DNA of 64,000 nucleotides from the human T2T-CHM13v2.0 reference genome, Homo sapiens: NCBI RefSeq assembly GCF_009914755.1, contig NC_060931.1; one strand, 5' to 3'. A program made the translations under genes and the position numbers. This document shows positions 49,114-64,000 of the stretch, in pieces; positions within the stretch are counted from its first letter, which is position 1; each line of letters opens with the position of its first letter. A model generated the notes under the pieces. That model saw only the letters and a program-made list of their open reading frames with translations. It searched no databases and was not told where the DNA came from.

Positions 49114-49893
49114 ATGGACCCTCCAGCGGAGAAGCCGGGAGAGGCTGGCGGACTGCAGATCACACCCCAGCTGCTGAAGTCACGCACAGGCGAGTTCTCC
49201 CTGGAGTCCATCCTGCTACTGAAGCTGCGTGGCTTGGGACTGGCTGACCTGGGCTGCCTGGGAGAGTGCCTGGGCCTGGAGTGGCTGGACCTATCAGGCA
49301 ACGCGCTCACCCACCTGGGCCCGCTGGCCTCCTTGCGCCAGCTAGCCGTGCTCAATGTCTCCAACAATCGGCTGACGGGCCTGGAGCCACTGGCCACCTG
49401 TGAGAACTTGCAGAGTCTCAATGCCGCAGGCAACCTACTGGCCACCCCGGGCCAGCTGCAGTGTCTGGCTGGGCTACCGTGCCTGGAGTACCTGCGGCTC
49501 CGAGACCCTTTGGCCCGGCTCAGCAACCCGCTCTGTGCCAGCCCCTCCTACTGGGCTGCAGTCCGGGAGCTGCTGCCTGGCCTGAAAGTCATCGACGGTG
49601 AGCGTGTGATTGGGCGTGGTAGTGAGTTCTACCAGCTGTGCCGAGACCTGGACAGCTCCTTGCGTCCCAGCTCCAGTCCAGGCCCCAGAGCCACCGAGGC
49701 CCAGCCCTGGGTGGAGCCAGGCTACTGGGAGTCCTGGCCCAGCCGGAGCAGCTCCATCCTGGAGGAGGCCTGCCGGCAGTTCCAGGACACACTGCAGGAG
49801 TGCTGGGACCTGGACCGCCAGGCCAGCGACAGCCTGGCCCAGGCGGAGCAGGTACTCAGCTCTGCGGGCCCCACCTCTTCCTTCGTCTTCTGA
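49114..49893 (+). CDS. LRRC61: Leucine-rich repeat-containing protein 61, 259 aa, single coding exon
   Basis: LRR motifs LEWLDLSGNAL, LAVLNVSNNRL, LQSLNAAGNLL plus LRRcap-like NPLC...LKVIDG; ATG 49114, TGA 49891-49893; acceptor ctcctcAG at 48968-48969. Confidence 0.95.
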   Translation: MDPPAEKPGEAGGLQITPQLLKSRTGEFSLESILLLKLRGLGLADLGCLGECLGLEWLDLSGNALTHLGPLASLRQLAVLNVSNNRLTGLEPLATCENLQSLNAAGNLLATPGQLQCLAGLPCLEYLRLRDPLARLSNPLCASPSYWAAVRELLPGLKVIDGERVIGRGSEFYQLCRDLDSSLRPSSSPGPRATEAQPWVEPGYWESWPSRSSSILEEACRQFQDTLQECWDLDRQASDSLAQAEQVLSSAGPTSSFVF

Positions 49894-50382
49894 ACGTGGC
49901 CTATGGCCCAGGACAGCCTGGCAGGTGGCCTCGCTGCCCCCAGTTCCCCTCTCTGCCCCCACACTCGTCTTAGTTGCTTCACACTGGTCACTGGCCCTGC
50001 ACACTGGGCTATTGCTTTATCCCTATCCTGAGAGCAGCCCCTCCCCACCATCCCTCCACATGCTGCAAGGACAGACTGAAGGGCTGTGAGCAGGTGTAAG
50101 GGCTCCCACATCCGTGAGCCTGTGTCCGCAGCTGCTGCCACTCTGGGCTGCTCCAGCCTGCAACTTAGTGGAAGGAATTACTTCCTCCTGAGGCTACAGG
50201 CGAGAAAGGTAGGGATGGGCCAGCCTCCCGTCTCAGCTGTTGGGAGACAGTAGGCAGGCTGAGTGGCCCAGAGCACTCCTGGAAGTGGGACTCCCCTGCC
50301 TTGCAAATGTGCCTCTCCAGACTGCTCCTGCACTTACCCCCTCCCTGCAGCACCTTCTCTGCCCGTTCTTGTCCACACATCT

Positions 50383-50388
50383 ATTAAA
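50383..50388 (+). terminator. LRRC61: LRRC61 polyadenylation signal (ATTAAA)
   Basis: ATTAAA ~490 nt after the stop, followed by U-rich sequence. Confidence 0.65.
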
Positions 50389-50574
50389 TGCTTCTGTTTT
50401 CATTTGCATCCCTGCCTGGCATTTCATGGGGGCACCTCTGGCTCTGGAGCACAGGAGGCTCTGCTCACCCTGCCCACAGGAAGGGGTCCCAGAGGAAGGG
50501 TCCTGTCCCCCTGCCCTCTCTGGCCGCCTCTGAGCTACGCTAAGGAGGAAGTCGTGCAACACAAGGAGCTGAGA

Positions 50575-50691
50575 GGCAGCTGGGAGAGCAGCTTTATTAT
50601 CATGGCTGGGGATAGAACGGGGTCCTCTCCCTGGGGGCTGGGGTCTTCCACTGGTTACCACCGGCAGCGGTCCTGGAGGCACCACGCAGCT
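50575..50691 (-). other. RARRES2: RARRES2 last, non-coding exon (3' end approximate)
   Basis: ccttttgtctAG acceptor at 50693-50692; AATAAA downstream. Confidence 0.75.
50593..50598 (-). terminator. RARRES2: RARRES2 polyadenylation signal (AATAAA)
   Basis: tttatt on the plus strand within the last exon. Confidence 0.8.
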
Positions 50692-50876
50692 CTAGACAAA
50701 AGGGGAAACAGGTTTGGGGGTGAGGGAGGTTGCTTCAGCCCCAGTCCCAGCTTTCCTCCCAGGCTTCTGACCTGTCCCCTCCCAGGCTCCCAAAGCCCAG
50801 CCCAGCCCCTCAGCATTCCCAGGGCTGGCCTCATCCAGACGGTGCTCTCAGCCCCCTGGTGCCTACCAGTGCTGGC

Positions 50877-50993
50877 TTAGCTGCGGGGCAGGGCCTTGGA
50901 GAAGGCGAACTGTCCAGGGAAGTAGAAGCTGTGGGGGTCCTCACCAGCCCGCTGCACCCTGAGGCACTGGGTCTCCTGGTGCTCCTCAGCCTC
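50877..50993 (-). CDS. RARRES2: Chemerin final coding exon EAEEHQETQCLRVQRAGEDPHSFYFPGQFAFSKALPRS*
   Basis: Chemerin C-terminus with the YFPGQFAFS agonist peptide; ggcAG acceptor; TAA; exon continues to a donor after 50867. Confidence 0.96.
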   Translation of the reverse strand, partial: EAEEHQETQCLRVQRAGEDPHSFYFPGQFAFSKALPRS

Positions 50994-51237
50994 CTGCCAG
51001 TGCCCAAAACTGTTCAGGCAGTGTAGGAGGGGTGGGCAGTGCCAGTGGAGGGCTGCCAGCATCCTCCACATCCCCTCCACATCCCTTGGAGAATGTCCAA
51101 ACAGGCACAGCGCTTTCTAGCCCCCACTGCCCTCCCTCCTGCTTGGCCAAGCTTTAGCCTCGAGACCAGCCCATAGGCTCAGCTTCCATCCATCTTCCCA
51201 GCCCTGTCACCACCTGTGCACCCTTGCCCCTTCTTAC

Positions 51238-51333
51238 CCGCAGAACTTGGGTCTCTATGGGGCAGTGGACCAACCGGCCCAGAACTTTGTCCTCAGAGCC
51301 CAGTTTGATGCAGGCCAGGCATTTCCGTTTCCT
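51238..51333 (-). CDS. RARRES2: Chemerin coding exon RKRKCLACIKLGSEDKVLGRLVHCPIETQVLR
   Basis: cccacAG / GTaaga boundaries, 96 nt, phase 0. Confidence 0.96.
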
Positions 51334-52350
51334 CTGTGGGGGAGCGGGGAGCATGGGGTGAGCAGAGGAAAAGGGTGAGGGAGGCCTGGGCATCATGAGG
51401 GTGGGAGCCAGGGCTGCCCATCATGGGACCAGATCCCCAACTAGGCCCTCGAGCCCAGGAGCAAGAGGTCATGCAGGCCAGCAGGTTTCAGGCACAGCCA
51501 CCCTAGAATGTCAGAAGTCAGACCCATGCAGTTTTCAAACTATGGAACTTTCATGTGTGTGCAGGCAGGAGTCCTTCCCAGATGGATTGTGTGGCACATG
51601 CATAAACACGCATGTATGTGGTTTGTATGCAGGAGTGTGGGTGGATGGGTGTGTGATGTATGCATGGATGTGTCTGCTTGTGCTCGTGTGAAGGCAAGAA
51701 TCCTCCTCCGATGGGTTCTTCCCACCCAACGCCTCCAGAGTGGCTCAGCTGTCACCTATTCTATTTATTTTCTTGTAAGATTTGATTTGAGGTTGATGAA
51801 TCATTGCTATAGTCCAGTGCCCTCCTTGAGCCGACAGAGGGAACTGGGGCCTTTGCAGAACCTGTAATACAGAGCCCAGGCCGTGCTCACAGAGCGGGAA
51901 CTAGAACACAGTCACTGCACTCCCAGCCCAGGCATCACCCCCACGGTGGAAGGTTTGCCCCCACCGTGACTGATGACTGGAGTCCTGCTAGGCTAGGGGG
52001 GCACCAGACACACCCACACAGCCGGCTCCTTCCACCCAGGCCCTGATGCTTGAGAGAGGAACTCAGACCGAGGTGAGCCCTGCTCTGATGAAGATAAGTC
52101 CAGGGGTAACCAAACCATCTTCCTGTCTGCCAGGCCCCAGCTCCCACCAGCCACTCTCACAACCTTGGGCTCAGGCTGAGCCACTCCACCTCTAAGGAGG
52201 CTCTTCGCAGTGGGGTCTCTAACCTCAGGGCTTCTTAATGGACCTCCCAATTCATGCATGCACACCCAGGCATGTGCCCCACACCCCAAACCCCAAGTCC
52301 ATGCACTCACACCCAGCATGCGCCCATTGCTCTCACACCCCTTCACTCAC

Positions 52351-52455
52351 CCCATTGGGCCTGACTTTGCACTCGGGTTTCTTCCAGTCCCTCTTCCGGC
52401 AGCTTGTCTGCTGCAGCTTAAATTCCAGCCTCACAAATATTCCAGCTGGGAAGGG
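52351..52455 (-). CDS. RARRES2: Chemerin coding exon PFPAGIFVRLEFKLQQTSCRKRDWKKPECKVRPNG
   Basis: ccgcAG / GTgagt boundaries, 105 nt, phase 0. Confidence 0.96.
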
Positions 52456-52686
52456 CTGCGGACAGACAGGCAGGCAGAGGATGGCCGGTAGCCAGCTGAG
52501 GGTGCAGAGCAAGCCCTGGTGTGATCCGCACCTCCCTCACGCAGTCACATTCCAGCAGGCTGGACAGTGGCCTTTTCTCCAAAGGGCTGGGGCTCAGAGC
52601 CCAAGCACTTCTGTCCCCCTTCGTGGGAATGCGCTGGTCTCCTGGGGTACGACCCTCCCCGCTCCTGCCCGGGCCATGCTACTCAC

Positions 52687-52860
52687 CGTGTCCACGGCGC
52701 TCTCCACACTGGTCTCCTGGAAGGCCCACTGCACGGGCGGGTGCTTGTGAAATTCCTCCAGGGCCACCTGCAGGCCCCGGCGCTGGGCTTCCGTGAGCTC
52801 GGCGACGCCCACGCCCACCGCGCCCAGCCACAGGGCCAGAGGGATCAGCAGCCGTCGCAT
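52687..52860 (-). CDS. RARRES2: Chemerin first coding exon with signal peptide, MRRLLIPLALWLGAVGVGVA...ESAVDT
   Basis: ATG at 52860; GTgagt donor; acceptor at 52882-52881; the four coding exons sum to 58+35+32+38 = 163 aa. Confidence 0.96.
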
Positions 52861-54200
52861 GCTTCCGTGTCACCCTGGCCCTGCGAAGCGGGTGTGCGCC
52901 CCTCAGCTCTCCGAGCCAGCCCGAGCCGCCTCCTCCCGCGCCCTGCTCTGGGGGGAGGGTGGGGAGCGGGGGCGGGGGGCCAGGCCTGTAGAACGCTGGG
53001 CACAGGTGAAGGAGCCTGGAAATGGCCCTTTCTCCAAATTGACCTTAGGGTCCGCCTGGCCCTCTCCGTTCCCTCCCACCCTGCCCGCGTTGTTCCCTGG
53101 GGCCTGCAGTTTTAGCAAAGTTCCCTGCCCACGCCAGGAATCAGTCAGTTCGCACTCCCACCCTACACCCCTAATCTTGCCCATTCTGTCTCTCCCTGGG
53201 TCTCCGGCACGACCCACTCTCCTCCCTGCCGTCCCCGGAGCCCCTCTCTCCTTTCCCCGCTCAGCCTTCTCCCCAACCGCTACTCCCTCCCCGTCCAGAA
53301 TCCCCCTGCTCCCACGGGGTTCCCCCCACGTCCCCGAGGTCCAGGCCAGCCGGGGGAAGGGGCAGGGGCCGGAGGCCGAATACTTTTGGGAGGACCTAAA
53401 CACGTGGGAGGGTCCGGACGGGTGGGAGCGGCGGGAGGCCTAATCCTCCCGGCGCGGGGGCTGCCGCGGGCCACCAGCCAGCCCCAGTCGCTAGGAATGG
53501 GGGTCTCGCGCCGCCCAGCCCTTGGCTTTCCCGCTTCAGGCAAAATCTTCCCTCCTTCCTCTTTTTTCTGGGGCCTTCCCCACGACCCCTCTTCCTAGCC
53601 CTTCTGATCCGTCCCCTGATGCATGACTGGGGCCACCGGAGGGGCTGACCCTCCCGGAGAGCCCCGTCGGTCCTGGTGGTCTTGGGACCGGAGAGCGACA
53701 GATGTGGAAACCGAGGCCCCTCAGTGAAGAGCTGCCAGGGTGGTCGCCTTAGAGCAAAGGCGTTCCTCATTCCGCCTGCGCAGCTGCCCCTCCGCCCGGC
53801 TGCCGCCCCAGCCCGCTTCCCCTCCTCACGTCCTTCCCTGCGCCTGGAGGTCTCCCCTGACCGTCCCGCAGCTGAAATCTTGGCCTCGCTGTCCGCCTCT
53901 TCCCGCTCTTCTTCTCGCGGGGCGGCCCCCACCTCCTCCCACCCCCACCTCCTGGACCCCCTCCAGCAACTCTGGCTCCTCCCCTCCCCAGTGGGACCGG
54001 CCTCTGGGGCGGGATGCCCTCCCGCGCCCTCCCTCCCCATCCCACCCCCCTCCTTCCCCTCGATCCAGCCCTCATGACCCTGACCCTGGCCGCGGCTGCA
54101 GGCGGCTCGCCCAGGCGCGCAGCCCTCGGTCCCACCTCCCTCTGGCTCGGGCCTGAGCATTCCGCAGCCTCGGCCGGCCCGGGCCTCTTCTCCGCTGCTC
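52690..54200. promoter_or_regulatory. RARRES2 CpG-rich promoter, exon 1 and intron 1
   Basis: Elevated CpG/GC, GC boxes, TGACCCTGACCC at 54075-54086. Confidence 0.7.
53830..53920 (-). other. RARRES2: RARRES2 non-coding first exon (TSS approximate)
   Basis: GAC|GTGAGG donor at 53829-53828 in GC-rich sequence. Confidence 0.65.
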
Positions 54201-54745
54201 TGCTCCCCCAAGGACTTTCTGTGCCCCACTCCTACCCAGGCAGGGCTGCCCTGTCTTGGGTCCTTTACGGGGGACCATTCCCCAGCGTCCCTGAGACACT
54301 CATCCTGGGATTTCTTCCCCTAAATACAGACATTCTCAAACCAAATGAGACCTCGAGGTCCCTACACCTGATCCTGCCTCCCACTCCCTGAGCCACACTG
54401 AGAAGGAAGGTCTCTCCTTTAGGGAGGACTCTGGCGCCTGCAACCTTGATCGACAGCAAAGATGTCCAGTGTGTATCCTGCATCTGCCTTTCCTGACCAT
54501 TCCTCGTGCCCCATTCTCCGTGGGATAGATTCTCATGGGGAGTGGGGGAGCCTTCGGGTGTGGCAGAACGGCATGATGGAATTCATAAGGTGAGCAGAAA
54601 CTCAAGGAAAACTGTCCAAATACCGGCTCGACTCCTGGGTACGCTGGAGCAAGGATGAAGAAGCTCTGAGACTTTGCACGTCAGTAACCACCAACACCAT
54701 GCCTCTGGTTCCCACACTGCAGGGATCACCTGAAGTAGAGGATCT

Positions 54746-54855
54746 CATGTAACTTCATGGCTCTCTCTGAACTTCTGTTTCTTTATCTGTAAGATGGGGA
54801 CATGTAACTTCATGGCTCTCTCTGAACTTCTGTTTCTTTATCTGTAAGATGGGGA
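54746..54855. repeat. Perfect 55-bp tandem duplication in MIR-like sequence
   Basis: CATGTAACTTCATGG...GTAAGATGGGGA at 54746 and 54801. Confidence 0.92.
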
Positions 54856-55216
54856 TCAGAAACTCTGTCTTAAGGAGTTGTTTTGAGGATTAAATGAAGA
54901 AACATGAAAAGCAACTGATGTCCAGTGCCGAGCACAAGGCTTTTGTCCCCTACTTATGCACCCCTAACCAGGATTCTCCACTTAGAGCTGAGAATTTCCT
55001 TTACAGTGTGCTCTGGGGGCACCAGAAAGAAACTCGGCTTCCATTAACCACTTCCAGGTGTCTGAAATCCCACCACTACTTAGGGTACTTCACTCCCCAG
55101 CTGTGAGCTACTCAGCCGCCCTTAAGCAGAAAGAGATGGGATCCGTGTTCCCTGAAAGCTTTAGATGGGGTTAGAGAGAAAAGATGCACCCAAAGATGTT
55201 TCCCAGCCCAAGAACT

Positions 55217-55891
55217 TGAAGGAAACCAAAATATTTCACCCCAAAAAATACTTCTTTGACACATTTCAAGGTGGCTGTTCAGAATGGTTGGAAATAGAAT
55301 AACCAAAAAGCTGTCTTTTTGTGGAGAGATTTGCATCTGTAGAGGAAATCTGCATTGATGTAGCCAGGCTTTCTCCGAGGCTCTCCCTTGTCTAACTCTA
55401 GGAAAGATTAACTGAGAGGCTGACACCTTTACAGATCTGAAAGAAACATTTACCCTCAGTTCTTTCTGAGGGCTGCTACCTGTGAGGTGTCATCTACCTA
55501 ACAAGACTCCCTTTGCCAACCAGGCCTCCTCTTCCCTCCCTTCCATAACCTGTCTTGCCACTATCTGAGCCCCCATATTTGTATAAACTCAAGATGGTGG
55601 ATAAGCTTCTGTATCCCACTGAGGGGTTGGGGTAATCACTTTGTGGTTCTCTCTCATGTATGTTAATAAATATTTCCTGTTAAAGCCGAGGCAGGAGGAT
55701 TGCTTGAGCCCAGGAGTTCAAAGGTGCAGTGAGCTCTGATCATGAAACTGTACTTCAGCCTCTCTGGACAGAGCAAGACCTTGTCTCTAAAATATAAATG
55801 AATCAATTTATTCTATTAATCTGCCTTTCATCAGTTGATTTTTCAGCAAACCTTCAGAAGGCAAAGGGGAAGTTTTCCTTTGGCCCCCACA
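55217..55891 (+). mobile_element. ERV1 solo LTR (MER34/MER39-like) with an Alu fragment at ~55683-55795
   Basis: TGAAGGAAACCAAAATATTTCACCCCAAAA start, AATAAA, ends CA. Confidence 0.55.
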
Positions 55892-56891
55892 GACCCATGC
55901 TGGGGGACGTCCTGAGGATGGGTGAGGAGAGAAATCTTCCAGGACAAGGTAGGACTTGAGCTGAGCAAAGCGGGAAACTCATCCTGACTTTGGTGGGGGC
56001 TGGGGGGAAAGTTGCATCAGGTCTGTTGCAGGGGAGGTGAGGCAGTTGAGGTGGGGAGGTAGGTTGGGAGCAGGGTGGTGGGAGTTGGTGAGGAAGGAGC
56101 CAGTCTGGCTATACTTAAATGGCCACACAAAATTCACTTTGGGTGTAGGTATGTGAGGTGCACCCCAAAGAGGTGGACAGTCCTACTGCAGAGCACTCAT
56201 AGGTGTGGATGTGTGAAAGGACTACTTAGGGCATATTCATGAGCTCAGCTCCAGGTAACATGTCCCAGTCCAGGGGAGCAACAACAGGACTTCACTATTT
56301 AATGATGGTTAATGATCTTCCTGGTCATGACAGCTAAAAAAGTAGACTCACGTATCCAGTTGTTCCAAGCTTAGTTTTCCAATAACTGAACTGAGTACCA
56401 AAAAACATTGTCCTTTAATATTTGCAACCACATTGACAAAAATAGTTTTTTTTAGAAGAAGTGATTTGACTTTGAAGTAAGAGCATATCAGTTGCAAAAC
56501 TACACCTATTGAAGTTAAGTACATTTTCCAACTTGTGTCAATTCGGTACCATTAGCATAAATTCAAAAATGATATTGCATAAATTCAAAAGCCATTCTAA
56601 ATTTATCAATATCAACTAAGAATTCTTCACATTTTTCTTGAAATTTTGCCAATTTACACAATGCTGTATATTACAATTAAAACCTCTGTATGTTGATTCT
56701 TGTGACAAAAGTATGTAGATTGTAATTATTTGTCAGTATTATGAAAATATTTAATTTGAAATGCTTATATTTATCTGGCTAGGTCACAAATGAGGTTTCA
56801 TCTCCTTGGATATTCAAATTTAGCCCATTTATATGTAGTGTGGTATTGGTGAGAAAACACTGACTTTTTTATTTTTAATTATTGAATATTT

Positions 56892-60494
<3,603 letters not shown>

Positions 60495-61203
60495 AGGTGT
60501 GTCATACTGTGTCTTACTTAGAGAAGAGAGGAGTAATCAACAGGAAAGCAGACAGTAAGTGGGGCACTGCAGGGGAAAGCAGCAAACTGTAGGGTTGGAT
60601 GCAGGCAGGCGTGTGCCACCCAGGGAGGTCTGGGGCAGGAGACTGGCGGTGAGGCCTGGGACTCTCCGCTTCAGAAGACTGACTGCTCATTCCTGTTCTT
60701 TGTTTTTCATTTTTCCCCCTTTCTTTTTGCAATCTGGAAAATGCCTTTCCTTTTGCTCATTTACCAAAGGTAAATTTCAGAACATAAAGAGGGATGCACA
60801 GCAAATTCTGTCCCATGGATTGTTCTGAAACTGACCATATGCTGCAGCTTCCATGTTTTGATGATGAGACTTAAGTCTGTTACCAGGAGCAAGCCCACAG
60901 CTTGTGTGCAGAAACCATGGCTACCATCTACCATCTTTCAGGATGGTCCTCAAAAGACTTTGAAAAGTGACATTTTCTGATGTGAAATCCTGAGGTTCCA
61001 CTTTTAATCACAGCATGTGATTGTTATATATGTCATTAACTTGATTATTTAAAAAGATATTAATAATAAAACTAAAATTTACCAAAAAATCCTACAACTT
61101 GGCAATAAAAGAAGCAAAATACTTTTTTCAAATAATTATTGGATCAATAAGAAGAAATAAACATGATCATAAACAAGAAATAAAACATGTTGCAGAATTG
61201 TTA

Positions 61204-61413
<210 letters not shown>

Positions 61414-61930
61414 TTAGAACCCATGAGCTGTATTTTCAGAAGTACAATTAAATACCTTTCTTTTTACTAATGAAAGATAAAATGAAAGTAAGCTAATTGT
61501 TAACTAGTAAAACCACCAATGAAACTTATGGTAAGGAAAAGGAAAGAACAAATAAAACTAAAAATGTAAATTAGAAAAGAGGAAATTCAGGAAATCCATT
61601 AATATATCACATTAATCAGTCAAGGAGAGAAAACCCCATGTAATAATTGCCAAAGATGCTGAAAAAACCTTTGAGAAAATTTAATATCCTCTGCTAATTA
61701 AAAAATAAAAGCTCTTGATAAGATAATGAGTACCTTCTTAACATGATTATATGTATGTATAACATACTTAATGATGAAAAATAAACATTCTCATCAAATT
61801 CAGGATCAAGAAAAGGATGTCTTCTATTGCTATTATCATTTTACATTTTTTAAGAAACACTAGCCAGTGTAATTGGGCAGACATGAAAAATCAATGATTA
61901 AAAATTTCTTTTGAAAAATGGTGAGAAAAA

Positions 61931-62249
<319 letters not shown>

Positions 62250-62423
62250 TTATTTGCAAATGGTAGGACTGTGTACCTTCCAAATCCAAGAGAACTAACA
62301 GGAATAAATTACTGGAAACAATAAAATAATAAGTGATAGGAAATGGGATTAATATACAAAATCAGTAGGTTTTCTAACATGAATATATTTGGAAAAAATA
62401 TATATGTATATATATATATATAT

Positions 62424-63521
<1,098 letters not shown>

Positions 63522-64000
63522 TTAGATGTCCAGATAGCCTATTTGATGTTAAAATGCATTAATAATCTAAAATGAAAACAGTGACATTAGCAAATGAATA
63601 GACAAAAAAATGGAACAGAATAGAAACCTCAGACATAAATCCAAATACATATGGGAATTTAATATGTGATAAAGGTGGCATTTCAAATCTTTAGGAAAAA
63701 GATGCATTAGCCAATAAACGGTGTTGGAATATACGGCTAGCCTTGTGGAGGAAAATGATGAATGTTGGTTCCTGCCTCACTTTTTACACTATAATAAATT
63801 CCAGATGAATGAAATTAAATGTACCAGATGACAACTTGAGGATTTTATTCATTTGTTTGCTTAATAACTTCTTACTGGGGAAGTATAATACAAAACCCAA
63901 TGCCATAAGAGAAAAGATTGATGAATTTGACTTCATGACTATCAAACGTTTCTCCATGATTAAAAAAAAAAAAATCAGCTTAGGCTGGGCATGGTGGCTC

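Noticed and set aside
53396-54229. 277-aa and overlapping ORFs at the RARRES2 promoter
   Set aside because: Low-complexity G/R/A/P translations expected in stop-poor CpG-island DNA

Overview
Primate (human-like) genomic DNA, recognisable from its proteins as the ACTR3C - LRRC61 - ZBED6CL/ZBED10P - RARRES2 locus (human 7q36.1). Left part: three Arp3-type coding exons of ACTR3C on the minus strand (the gene runs off the left edge). A ~28 kb repeat-rich intron follows, holding a deleted HERV-H provirus (two LTR7C-like LTRs, GTTCA target duplication) nested in a MER4-family LTR, plus a Y1 RNA fragment and MER41 LTRs. A CpG island at ~35.1-36.0 kb carries oppositely oriented, overlapping first exons. 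LRRC61 (+) has its whole CDS in the last exon, and its intron hosts a disabled hAT-transposase-derived gene. RARRES2 (chemerin, 163 aa, minus strand) ends tail-to-tail with LRRC61. The right end is Alu/L1/LTR sequence. Best leads: (1) an 82-codon ORF in the antisense first exon that splices in frame onto the truncated Arp3 exons; (2) a reconstructable ~500-aa hAT-derived pseudogene that may be an alternative terminal exon; (3) HERV-H splice donors pointing at LRRC61; (4) a MER41B with two intact GAS sites beside the promoter; (5) a DR0 element upstream of RARRES2. All calls were made by eye. Repeat subfamily names come from recalled consensus sequences and need a RepeatMasker/Dfam check.
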